Source: Macrostomum lignano
Lineage: Eukaryota
DNA length: 49,140 nt
Direction: 5' to 3'
NCBI GenBank assembly: GCA_002269645.1
Contig: NIVC01004352.1
Span: 1 to 49,140 of the forward strand
Shown here piece by piece: positions 24,020 through 36,600 of the stretch. The notes under the pieces are model-generated. The model saw only the letters and a list, made by a program, of their open reading frames with translations. It had not been told where the DNA came from and searched no databases. The number at the start of each line of letters is the position of its first letter. Position 1 is the first letter of the stretch. Made by a program: the position numbers and the translations under genes.

Positions 24020-24450
24020 GAGTAGGGTAAGATTCTGACAGATGTGGGGTGAGATTCTGAGGGAAATGGGGTGAGATAATGAGAGACTTGGGGTGAGATT
24101 TTAAGAGAAGTGGGGTGAGATTATAAGGGAAATGGGGTGAGATTCCAAGAGAAGTAGGGTGAGATAATAAGGGAGTGGAGTGAGATTCTCAAAAAATGGG
24201 GAGGGATTCTGATAGATGTGGGATGAGATTCCAAGAGAAGTAGGGTGATATTCTAAGGGAAGTGGAGTGAGATTCTGATGGATGTAGGGTGAGATTCTGA
24301 GGGAACTGGGGTGAGATTATGAGAGAAGTGGGGTGAGAATATGAGGTAACTGGGGTGAGATTATGAGAGAAGTGGGGTGAGATTCTGAGGTAACTGGGGT
24401 GAGATTATGAGAAAAGTGGGGTGAGAATCTGAGGGAAGTGGGGTGAGATA
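24020..24450. repeat. Degenerate tandem array, about 22-bp unit (GGGGTGAGATTCTGAGGGAAGT-like), about 19 copies, 3' of the KDM3 stop codon
   Basis: Recurrent GGGGTGAGAT core at about 22-nt spacing. Confidence 0.88.
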
Positions 24451-24610
24451 CGGGCTTTTGGTTGTGACGCCCAACGGCTCAAAGTCAGCACGGTTAAAAA
24501 TCAAATGGTTAATCATTCTGAAACAATAAAATTGTTTAAAGTCACAATATCGTCACCATCTCTCACGATAAATAAGCTTTAGTGGTCGCAAGCGCACAGG
24601 TGAGGCCGGG

Positions 24611-27600
24611 TCACTCAAGGCTGGAAATGCAGAGGCGAACCCGCTGGAACAGGCTCATCTCCAGGCAGTCGTCGTGCGCTAGCACGCCCGTCCAATTGCT
24701 GGCCAGGCACTGCGCCATGGACTCTGCGCTGCTGAAATCCGTCTGAGCCTGGGTGCCCGTCATCTCGAAGCGGAACTGCGGGACAGAATGGGTTTGAAGA
24801 GGTGTGATATCGATTAGGATAAACTCAGTATCCTTAGAGAGGGGAGGGGGTTGTACTAGGCTAGAGAGTCGGACTCACGACTGAAAGGTCGGGGGTTCGA
24901 TTCACGACCCACTTCGAACAAGTCCATGAGCAAGACACTGAACTCTGCATTGCTTCAGTTCACCCAGCTGTAAAATGGGTGCCAGCATTAGCTGGGGTAA
25001 TTGAAGGTGTGTGTGGCGACCAGTGTTGGGCAAGTTACTCAAAAAAAGTAACTTGCGTTACTGTAACTTAAGTTACCACTTTTTAAAAAGTAACTTACGT
25101 TAGCCTAGTAACTTTGAACAAAAACCCGGTAACTTTTAAGTTACTTCCGTTACTTACTTCCGTTACCTATGTTATTAACAAAATTTTCTGCTTTTTTTAA
25201 CATTGCAAATGTGATGGAACAGCACAAATGATCGCGAAAGCCAGGAGGAAGAATACAACAACATTAATTTCAGTAACTGTATTAAATTTTAATCACTTTA
25301 GGCCCTTTCCGTAAAAAGAAGAGAAGCTGAAGGTCAGAAACGTTAAAGGCAAAACGCAATTTAATTTTTAATAACATTATAAGTTATAATACACAAGGAC
25401 AACTTAACGTAACTTCAGTTGTCCTTGATAATACATCGCTCGTAATAAGTATCTGGCTTTACTCCACTCTACAGTCTGCTTTACTAGTATTTTTATTTAT
25501 TTTCAATTATTATCATTAATATTAAATTATTGTGCAGTGCAGTGCAGTGCCAGTGGACTTTAGTGGTGTAGCCAGGGAGGCCGCCTTAACAATCGTTGGG
25601 GCGGCAACTTCACCCCACCTGCAAGACACCCCACCTGGGGGGGTGGGGTTGGGCGTGGCGGGTACCAAAAACCATGAGGCGATTTGAGTGCCTGCGGCGC
25701 TTAAATGAGTGCCTGCGGCGCTTAAATAAGTGCTTGCGGCGCTAAAATGAGTGCCTGCGGCGCTAAAAGTGGCAATAACATGAGGCATGGCCAGCCAGGC
25801 CAACCCGCCCCCCCCCCAATTAAAATTCCTGGCTACGTCGATCACTGAGTGGATTTGTGGAGACTACAGATGAATTTCTTTCTTTGGTTGTTTGTTTCTA
25901 AGAACTAAACAAAATATTTTTATTAACTTAAAAACAAAAAGCAAAAATATTTTACCGAAAATAACAAAGTAAAAACATGTTTCAAGTATTTCTTTATTAA
26001 TTACAGCGTAATACCGTATGATATTATTCACTTAGTTTTGAATTTAGGAATGAAAAATGCTAAAAATGTGACAACTGGCGTAATAGCTAAGCATATCAGT
26101 TTTAAATTTAAATATTGCGATTGTTGCAAAGTAACTGTAACGGACTTCCGAAATTTGAGTAACTTACCGTTACTCCGTTACCAAAATAGGAAAGTAACTT
26201 GCGTAAGGAACGCTTTACGAAAAAGTAACTTGCGTTACCATTTACAAGTTACTCGGTAACGGAAGTGCCCAACACTGGTGGCGACCCCCCCCGGCCCCCA
26301 GTCCTTGGACTGAACAGCCGTACGCAGCCTTCAGATGCGCGGCGCAATAGCTGCGGCTGTGCTATCGGTTGCACATCTGCCCAATCAATCAATATCCTTG
26401 AATATGCATCTCCGCTCCATCAGTATCCGCGAGTCTGCATCTGCTACCCCCAGTCACCCCAGCAAAAGAAACTACATGGACGAACCTGAAAGGCGCATCC
26501 CGCAGGCAGCAGCACCGCCTCGCCGCAGCGCTGGCGCAGCACAATTGGCGGCGGCTGCAGCGGAGCTACGCCAGCCAGTCGAGTCAGACTTAAGTCGTCC
26601 AGATATCTGAATAGTATGAAGGGGGGGGGGTTAACGGTGAGCAGAATGGCTCATAATAGGTCAAATTGGTGAATCAGATCCATGTCAAGTTACAGGTGTT
26701 AGGTCTCTAAATCAAGCTATGATCCAGTGTTAGGTCTCTAAATCAAGCTATGATCAAGTGTCAGGTCCCTAAATCAAGCTATGATCAAGTGTCAGGTCCC
26801 TAAATCAAGCTATGATCAAGTGTCAGGTCCCTAAATCAAGCTATGATCAAGTGTTAGGTCCCTAAATCAAGCTATGACAGGTGTCAGGTGTCAGGTCCCT
26901 AAATATCAAGCAATTAGAGGTGTCAGGTCCCTAAATCGGGCTATGACCGGTGTCAGGTTCCTAATTATCAAGCAATTAAAAGTTTCAGGTTCCTAAATAT
27001 CAAGCAATCACAGGTGTCAGGTCCCTAAATCGGGCTATGACAGGCGTCAGGTCCCTAAATCTAGCTATGACAGGCGTTAGGTCCCTAAATCTAGCTAAAT
27101 TATGACCGGTGTCAGGTTCCTAATTATCAAGCAATCACAGTTGTCAGGTCCCTAATTATCAAGCAATCACAGGTGTCAGGTTCCTAAATATCAAGCAATT
27201 GCAGGTGTCAGGTTCCTAAATATCAAGCAATCACAGGTGTCAGGTCCCTAAATCGGGCTATGACAGTTGTCAGGTTCCTAATTATCAAGCAATCACAGTT
27301 GTCAGGTCCCTAAATCTAGCTAAATTATGACCGGTGTCAGGTCCCTAAATATCAAGCAATCACAGGTGCAAGGTCCCTAAATCAAGCAATCACAGGTGTC
27401 AGGTCCCTGAATATCAAGCAATCACAAGTGTCAGGTCCCTAATTATCAAGCAAATAAAGGTGTCAGGTCCCTAAATATCAAGCAATCACAGGTGCCAGGT
27501 CCCTAAATCAAGCAATCACAGGTGCCAGGTCCCTAAATCAAGCAATCACAGGTGCCAGGTCCCTAAATCAAGCAATCACAGGTGCCAGGTCCCTAAATCA

Positions 27601-30600
27601 AGCAATCACAGGTGTCAGGTCCCTAAATGAAGCGAAGTCAGAGACGATAGGTCGTACCTGACAGTCTGCAGCTCCAACTGGTATATTTGTTCATTGAGCT
27701 GGCGCAGTGACTCGCTATGGAACACGTGCCACACAGCTGCAACTGGCTGGTCATCCGAGACGCTCGAGGCTGACGGAGGCAGCAGGGCCAGACTGACAAT
27801 GTCGCGGGAGGCGATGCGCAGATAGCAGTCGCTTCCGCGGTGCCCACTAACCAATCTGGAGGCTGTTTGAAACTTGCGCAAAGCCATGTTGAAGCAGCCA
27901 TGCGGACTGGGCAGATGTCGGTGGTGGTTGGCGGGTGGTAGCATGGGTACTTTGTTTATGAAGCCATTAATTTAGATGGGCCACTTATCTCTGCAAGGTT
28001 TTCTATCCACTCCCTTAGTAAAGGTACTAATACTGAAGCTACCAATTCATAAATCCGACGGGGTCAATCGGGGTCATAAAGCTACTGGGGTCAGTCAGGG
28101 TCATAAAGCTACTGGGGTCAGTCGGGGTCATAAAGCTACTGGGGTCAGTCGGGGTCATAAAGCTACTTAAGCAGTCGGTCATTAACCTACTGGACCCCTA
28201 GCAACCAACCTGATATAATCGGGCACCAGCTGTTTCAGCAGGGCTTCAGCGTCGCTCGGCGCTGGCCACTGTATCAGTCGCAGCCTGGCGGCTGTGCCGG
28301 CCTCCTCATTAGAGCTGTAGCACCAGAAAGTGGTCTCGGCTGTCTGGCCAGTAGGTGGAGTCACGGGCGCGCCGCTGATGCAGTCGATCAGAGCGGAGTT
28401 GAAACACTGGCGAGGCTGGCTGCTGGCGCTGCTGTTTGGGAGACACAGCGACTCCCCACTGCTGTTGGCGGTACATAGTGCCAGCAATATTATAGTTCAA
28501 GTTTAGTCGGCTAATTTCTAATCCCCTCTCCCTGTGCACTCCCTCTTCCCCTCTCCCTGTGCACTCTCTCTTGCCCTCTCTCCTTGTTCACCCCCTCTTC
28601 CCCTCTCTCCCTGTGCACCCCTCTTCCCCTCTCCCTGTGCACTCCCTCTTCCCCTCTCCCTGTGCACTCTCTCTTGCCCTCTCTCCTTGTTCACCCCCTC
28701 TTCCCCTCTCTCCCTGTGCACCCCTCTTCCCCTCTCCCTGTGCACTCCCTCTTCCCCTCTCCCTGTGCACTCCCTCTTCCCCTCTCCCTGTGCACTCTCT
28801 CTTGCCCTCTCTCCTTGTTCACCCCCTCTTCCCCTCTCTCCCTGTGCACCCCTCTTCCCCTCTCCCTGTGCACTCCCTCTTCCCCTCTCCCTGTGCACTC
28901 CCTCTTCCCCTCTCCCTGTGCACTCCCTCTTCCCCTCTCCCTGTGCACTCCCTCTTCCCCTCTCCCTGTGCACTCCCTCTTCCCCTCTCCCTGTGCACTC
29001 CCTCTTCCCCTCTCCCTGTGCACTCCCTCTTCCCCTCTCCCTGTGCACTCCCTCTTCCCCTCTCCCTGTGCACCCCTCTTCCCCTCTCCCTGTGCACTCC
29101 CTCTTCCCCTCTCCCTGTGCACTCCCTCTTCCCCTCTCCCTGTGCACTCCCTCTTCCCCTCTCCCTGTGCACTCCCTCTTCCCCTCTCCCTGTGCACTCC
29201 CTCTTCCCCTCTCCCTGTGCACTCCCTCTTCCCCTCTCCCTGTGCACTCCCTCTTCCCCTCTCCCTGTGCACTCCCTCTTCCCCTCTCCCTGTGCACTCC
29301 CTCTTCCCCTCTCCCTGTGCACCCCTCTTCCCCTCTCCCTGTGCACCCCTCTTCCCCTCTCTCCCTGTGCACCCCTCTTCTCCTCTCTCCCTCTGTGCAC
29401 CACCTCTTCCCCTCTCCCTGTGCACCCCCTCTTCCCCTCTCTCCCTGTGCACCCCTCTTCCCCTCTCTCCCTGAGCACCCCTCTTCTCTCTCCCTGAGCA
29501 CCCCTCTTCTCTCTCCCTGTGCACCCCTCTTCTCATCTCTCCCTCTGTGCACCACCTCTTCCCCTCTCCCTGTGCACTCCCTCTTCCCCTCTCCCTGTGC
29601 ACCCCTCTTCTCTCTCCCTGAGCACCCCTCTTCTCTCTCCCTGTGCACCCCTCTTCTCATCTCTCCCTCTGTGCACCACCTCTTCCCCTCTCCCTGTGCA
29701 CTCCCTCTTCCCCTCTCCCTGTGCACTCCCTCTTCCCCTCTCCCTGTGCACCCCTCTTCCCCTCTCCCTGACCCTGTGCACTCCCTCTTCCCCTCTCCCT
29801 GTGCACCCCCTCTTCCCCTCTCTCCCTGTGCACCCCTCTTCCCCTCTCTCCCTGTGCACCCCTCTTCTCCTCTCTCCCTCTGTGCACCACCTCTTCCCCT
29901 CTCCCTGTGCACTCCCTCTTCCCCTCTCCCTGTGCACTCCCTCTTCCCCTCTCCCTGTGCACTCCCTCTTCCCCTCTCCCTGAGCACTCCCTCTTCTTCG
30001 ATCTCCCTGTGCACTCCCTCTTCCTCTCTCCCTGTGCACTCCCTCTTGCCTTCTCCCTGTGCACTCCCTCTTCCCCTCTCCCTGTGCACTCCCTCTTCCC
30101 CTCTCCCTGTGCACTCTCTCTTCCCCTCTATCTGTGCACTCCCTCTTCCCCTCTCCCTGTGCACCCCCTCTTCCCCTCTCCCTGTGCACTCTCTCTTCCC
30201 CTCTATCTGTGCACTCCCTCTTCCCCTCTCCCTGTGCACCCCTCTTCCCCTCTCCCTGTGCACTCCCTCTTCCCCTCTCCCTGTGCACTCCCTCTTCCCC
30301 TCTCCCTGTGCACTCCCTCTTCCCCTCTCCCTGAGCACTCCCTCTTCTTCGATCTCCCTGTGCACTCCCTCTTCCTCTCTCCCTGTGCACTCCCTCTTGC
30401 CTTCTCCCTGTGCACTCCCTCTTCCCCTCTCCCTGTGCACTCCCTCTTCCCCTCTCCCTGTGCACTCTCTCTTCCCCTCTATCTGTGCACTCCCTCTTCC
30501 CCTCTCCCTGTGCACCCCCTCTTCCCCTCTCCCTGTGCACTCTCTCTTCCCCTCTATCTGTGCACTCCCTCTTCCCCTCTCCCTGTGCACCCCCTCTTCC

Positions 30601-33600
30601 CCTCTCCCTGTGCACTCCCTCTTCCCCTCTCCCTGTGCACTCTCTCTTCCCCTCTATCTGTGCACTCCCTCTTCCCCTCTCCCTGTGCACCCCCTCTTCC
30701 CCTCTCCCTGTGCACTCCCTCTTCCCCTGTCCCTTCAGGTGTATCTGCTCTTTATATATTTGTACCAGTTAATAAAGTACGAGATGTCCCTCTTTTACTT
30801 ACTCGGCACCGCTGTTCGCAGGCTTCAGGCATCCTGTTAGCACAATCGGCAGCCGCTTAATCCAACGAGTTTGAAAGTCGGCAAGCGAGGCTAAAGGCAC
30901 GGACAATCGCACAGCGCAATCCCCAGGCTTGCTGCTGTCAACATTGCCAGCTTCATCAGTGGCCCCCGGGTCGGAATGAGGATTTTTAGCCACCAGATCC
31001 TCTGCTAACTGATCGGCAGCTCGAGCCAGATTAGCCAGATAGTCCGGCCGCATAAGGCAAACTGGTTTCATGCGGTCTGGGCAGTGCCGCCAAGAGGGGC
31101 AGTCCTCGCTGAATTGCTGCTGCTGCTGAGGCTGCTGGTCGGGATAGTTAGCTAGGGAATTTGAGCACGTCAGACAGAGACTGTAGCCGCATTCTAGGCA
31201 GGCCAGGTGCATGCTAAATATTGGGCTGCCGCATCTGGTGCACTGCTCCTCAGGTGGGATTTGATTGACCGGCGGCTCCGGCTCCAGGCAGCGGGACCTG
31301 GATCATGGCGAATTCAAATAGGGATATTATCGATGTGATTTCAGATAGGGATATTATCGATGGGATTTCAGATTGGGATATTATCGATGGGATTTCAGAT
31401 AGGGATATTATCGATGGATTTCAGATAGGGATATTATCGATGGGATTTCAAATAGGGATATTATCGATGGGATTTCAGATAGGGATATTATCGATGGGAT
31501 TTCAGATAGGGATATTATCGATGGGATTTCAGATAGGAATATTATCGATGGGATTTCAGATAGGGATATTATCGATGGGATTTCAGATAGGGATATTATC
31601 GATGTGATTTCAGATAGGGATATTATCGATGGGATTTCAGATAGGGATATTATCGATGGGATTTCAGATAGGGATATTATCGATGGGATTTCAAATAGGG
31701 ATATTATCGATGGGATTTCAAATAGGGATATTATCTATGTGATTTTAGATAGGGATATTATCGATTGGATTTCAGATTGGGATTTTTGATGAGGATTCTT
31801 GATTGGGATGATTAAAGTGACATTTCAGCTTTTAGATTATGAAATGGGATTTGAATTATGAAACATTCAGCAATTTTTAGTTAATTTTCCATAAACAAAA
31901 TCACAGACTCACAAATCGGTCATCGGCTGCCGCCTCTGTTGTTTCTTTTTCCTACGCCAGAGCAGCTGGTTCAGGTCGCTGCCGGCCCAGCGAGCTACCG
32001 CGGCCGATTCTCGTTGAAGCAGCTGGTGCAGCGGCGGCAGAAGCAGCGTCAACTGCTTGGCAGCCACGTCTCGGTGCAACTTGTGCTGCGGCGATGAGGT
32101 TGCAGCGGCGGCGGTGGCTGCTGAGGATGTTGCCGTCGGCGGGGCCGGTTCGACTCGCCAGTCAGCCGTGTCAGCTGGTGTCACATCGCCTAGGGAGCAG
32201 AAACCCGCCACCGTGAGCACGCCTTGGCATAGGCGCAGCCTGGATAAGTTATAGTCATAATGTACTTTATAGGGATTCTGGATTCTTAATGAAGTCAGAT
32301 GGCGATTCTCAATGGGATCAATGGCGATTCTCAATGGGATCAGTGGCGATTCTCAATGGGATCAGTGGCGATTCTCAATGGGATGGGATCAGGGGCGATT
32401 CTCAATGGGATCAATGGCGATTCTCAATGGGATCAGTGGCGATTCTCAATGGGATCAGTGGCGATTCTCAATGGGATCAGGGGCGATTCTCAATGAGATC
32501 AGGGGCGATTCTCAATGGGATCAATCGCGATTCTGAATGGGATCAGTGGCGATTCTCAATGGGATCAGTGACGATTCTCAATGGGATCAATGGCGATTCT
32601 CAATGGGATCAGTGACGATTCTCAATGGGATCAATGGCGATTCTCAATGGGATCAATGGCGATTCTCAATGGGATCAGTGGCGATTCTCAATGGGATCAG
32701 TGGCGATTCTCAATGGGATCAGTGGCGATTCTCAATGGGATCAGTGGCGATTCTCAATGGGATGGGATCAGGGGCGATTCTCAATGGGATCAGTGGCGAT
32801 TCTCAATGGGATCAGTGGCGATTCTCAATGGGATCAATGGCGATTCTCAATGGGATCAATGGCGATTCTCAATGAGATCAATAGCGATTCTCAATGGGAT
32901 CAGTGGCGATTCTCAATGGGATCAGGGGCGATTCTCAATGAGATCAGGGGCGATTCTCAATGGGATCAATGGCGATTCTCAATGGGATCAGTGGCGATTC
33001 TCAATGGGATCAGTGACGATTCTCAATGGGATCAATGGCGATTCTCAATGGGATCAGTGACGATTCTCAATGGGATCAATGGCGATTCTCAATGGGATCA
33101 ATGGCGATTCTCAATGGGATCAGTGACGATTCTCAATGGGATCAGGGGCGATTCTCAATGAGATCAGGGGCGATTCTCAGTGGGATCAATGGCGATTCTC
33201 AATGGGATCAGGGGCGATTCTCAATGGGATCAGTGGCGATTCTCAATGGGATCAATGGCGATTCTCAATGGGATCAGGGGCGATTCTCAATGAGATCAGG
33301 GGCGATTCTCAATGGGATCAATGGCGATTCTCAATGGGATCAGTGGCGATTCTCAATGGGATCAGGGGCGATTCTCAATGGGATCAGTGGCGATTCTCAA
33401 TGGGATCAGTGGCGATTCTCAATGAGATCAGGGGCGATTCTCAATGGGATCAGTGGCGATTCTCAATGGGATCAGGGGCGATTCTCAATTGGGAAATTAA
33501 AAGATTCTCCAAGCACAAAAGTAGAGCTGCACTGCTTGGGTGCATTTAATCGAGCTCACTTTCTAAACTCCTTGAACCGGCAGCTGGGCTGGGCCACCGG

Positions 33601-36600
33601 AGGCGTGGCTATCAGCCGGCAGTCTCTACACAGGGGCAGCCGAGTGTAGACCAGCTCCCGGCAGGTGTTGCCCTGCAGAGCTACGAGAGTCTGGCTGGCA
33701 TCCGCCTGACCTTCTGTTGATCTGCTGCTCTCTGTTGGCAGGTGGGGACGGGCGAGAGGATTTTACATTTTACAGGTATACAATTGTGGTTTATTCATTT
33801 ATCCTATAGGGAGATTAAGATAAATATTTTTTATTATTGGGGTTTTTTAATTTTCTGGATTTTGTGGAGATTTTTTACCGTCAGCGCCGCTCATGGCAGT
33901 TGCAGTCGACAAGCTCAACCGTCTCTTAGCCGTGTTAGCAACCGATGCTAACGATAGCAGGGTCTCGCCATCCGACGCCCTCCCAGCTGATGCCTCTTTA
34001 GGCCTCGTTGCCGTCAGTGCTGAGGCCGCGGCGGCAGTCTTGGATGATCGTAACATTGTAGGTAGAGTGATCGACTGCCGCTTTCTGGATGCCTGCGTCG
34101 TGTTTGTGTTAATCATGCGATGCAGTCAATTATGTATAATAGACTGTTTACATCTGTTCAGTGACTTCATCAACATTCTCAAGTAGTCTGAGGATTTCAC
34201 CTATTCTGTTATTAGACGAAGCCTTTACCCATATCTGATATCCACATCTTAGGTGTGGGCGTTTGACACTTCAGCTACTCTGATAGCTGAGTCTTTATGC
34301 ACATACACATTCCCAGGTGGGCTAATGACACTTTTACAGCTACTCTAATAGCTGAGTCTTTATACACATTCCCAGGTGGGCTAATGACACTTTTACAGCT
34401 ACTCTAATAGCTGAGTCTTTATACACATTCCCAGGTGGGCTAATGACACTTTTACAGCTACTCTAATAGCTGAGTCTTTATACACATTCTCAGGTGGGCT
34501 AATGACACTTTTACAGCTACTCTAATAGCTGAGTCTTTATACACATTCCCAGGTGGGCTAATGACACTTTTACAGCTACTCTAATAGCTGAGTCTTTATA
34601 CACATTCCCAGGTGGGCTAATGACACTTTTACAGCTACTCTAATAGCTGAGTCTTTATACACATTCTCAGGTGGGCTAATGACACTTTTACAGCTACTCT
34701 AATAGCTGAGTCTTTATACACATTCTCAGGTGGGCTAATGACACTTTTACAGCTACTCTAATAGCTGAGTCTTTATACACATTCCCAGGTGGGCTAATGA
34801 CACTTTTACAGCTACTCTAATAGCTGAGTCTTTATACACATTCCCAGGTGGGCTAATGACACTTTTACAGCTACTCTAATAGCTGAGTCTTTATACACAT
34901 TCTCAGGTGGGCTAATGACACTTTTACAGCTACTCTAATAGCTGAGTCTTTATACACATTCTCAGGTGGGCTAATGACACTTTTACAGCTACTCTAATAG
35001 CTGAGTCTTTATACACATTCCCAGGTGGGCTAATGACACTTTTACAGCTACTCTAATAGCTGAGTCTTTATACACATTCCCAGGTGGGCTAATGACACTT
35101 TTACAGCTACTCTAATAGCTGAGTCTTTATACACATTCTCAGGTGGGCTAATGACACTTTTACAGCTACTCTAATAGCTGAGTCTTTATACACATTCCCA
35201 GGTGGGCTAATGACACTTTTACAGCTACTCTAATAGCTGAGTCTTTATACACATTCTCAGGTGGGCTAATGACACTTTTACAGCTACTCTAATAGCTGAG
35301 TCTTTATACACATTCTCAGGTGGGCTAATGACACTTTTACAGCTACTCTAATAGCTGAGTCTTTATACACATTCCCAGGTGGGCTAATGACACTTTTACA
35401 GCTACTCTAATAGCTGAGTCTTTATACACATTCCCAGGTGGGCTAATGACACTTTTACAGCTACTCTAATAGCTGAGTCTTTATACACATTCCCAGGTGG
35501 GCTAATGACACTTTTACAGCTACTCTAATAGCTGAGTCTTTATACACATTCCCAGGTGGGCTAATAAGACTTCAGCTACTCTAATAGCTGAGTCTTTATA
35601 CACATTCCCAGGTGGGCTAATGACACTTTTACAGCTACTCTAATAGCTGAGTCTTTATACACATTCCCAGGTGGGCTAATGACACTTTTACAGCTACTCT
35701 AATAGCTGAGTCTTTATACACATTCCCAGGTGGGCTAATAAGACTTCAGCTACTCTAATAGCTGAGTCTTTATACACATTCCCAGGTGGGCTAATAAGAC
35801 TTCAACTACTCCAATGGCCAAGTCTTTATCTACAAGAGCAGAGCGGAGAGCTTAGAAGAGACAAATATTGAGCGAGCCAGATTGCTATTGTAAAGTTTCA
35901 AAGGATCAGGGAGGCTTTGCTGGCCGCAGGTCATCTACCTGCCTATACTTTTTTGTGTAATTAAAGTGTTGAACGATTTTAGAGATTTTTAGGTATGCAG
36001 TAAGGTAGTATAAATTAATTAATTACTAACTCACCTTTGCTGTCGGCCTGGAGTTCCCAGCTGTCGCCGCCGCTGTACCTGAACTGTTCGATTCTGACTC
36101 ATCAATGTTAGCCTGCTTCTGTTTGGGCAAATTCCGCATAATAGGAGGCTGCATCGGTGGCGGCATTTGCTTTTTCTCCATCTGTTGCTCAGCCCACTTG
36201 TGCAACCAGGCCTTCTTGACAGCCATTGACGAACTGGCTTCGGTCGCTGCTGGCTCCGAATTACTTGGCTGCTTCTGCTGTCTTCCCGATGCTGGGGAGC
36301 TGCTGAGGACAGTGAATGAGGGGCAGATAAGGGGCGGATGAGGGTGGGGAGCTGCTGAGGACAGTGAATGAGGGGGCGGATAAGGGGCGGATGAGGGTGG
36401 GGAGCTGCTGAGGACAGTGAATGAGGGGGGCGGATAAGGGGCGGATGAGGGTGGGGAGCTGCTGAGGACAGTGAATGAGGGGGGCGGATAAGGGGCGGAT
36501 GAGGGTGGGGAGCTGCTGAGGACAGTGAATGAGGGGCAGATAAGGGGCGGATGAGGGTGGGGAGCTGCTGAGGACAGTGAATGAGGGGGCGGATAAGGGG

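Larger units (their letters stand above)
24856..26373 (+). mobile_element. SINE family A copy 2, split by a hAT-type MITE
   Basis: 5' half 24856-25020 and 3' half 26278-26373 rejoin to match the uninterrupted copy at 45276-45540. Confidence 0.88.

Noticed and set aside
28518-30860. Long ORFs of 690, 768, 385 aa and others on both strands
   Set aside because: They are translations of a stop-free 25-bp array lying inside a phase-consistent KDM3 intron.
31305-33649. Plus-strand repetitive ORFs (SDRDIIDGI, GDSQWDQWRFSM)
   Set aside because: They derive from the 27-bp and 22-bp arrays, are open in several frames at once, and are antisense within KDM3 introns.
32298-35815. Possible CRISPR-like arrays
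   Set aside because: There are no unique spacers: units are contiguous and variable slots have only a few states. The context is eukaryotic introns with no cas genes.
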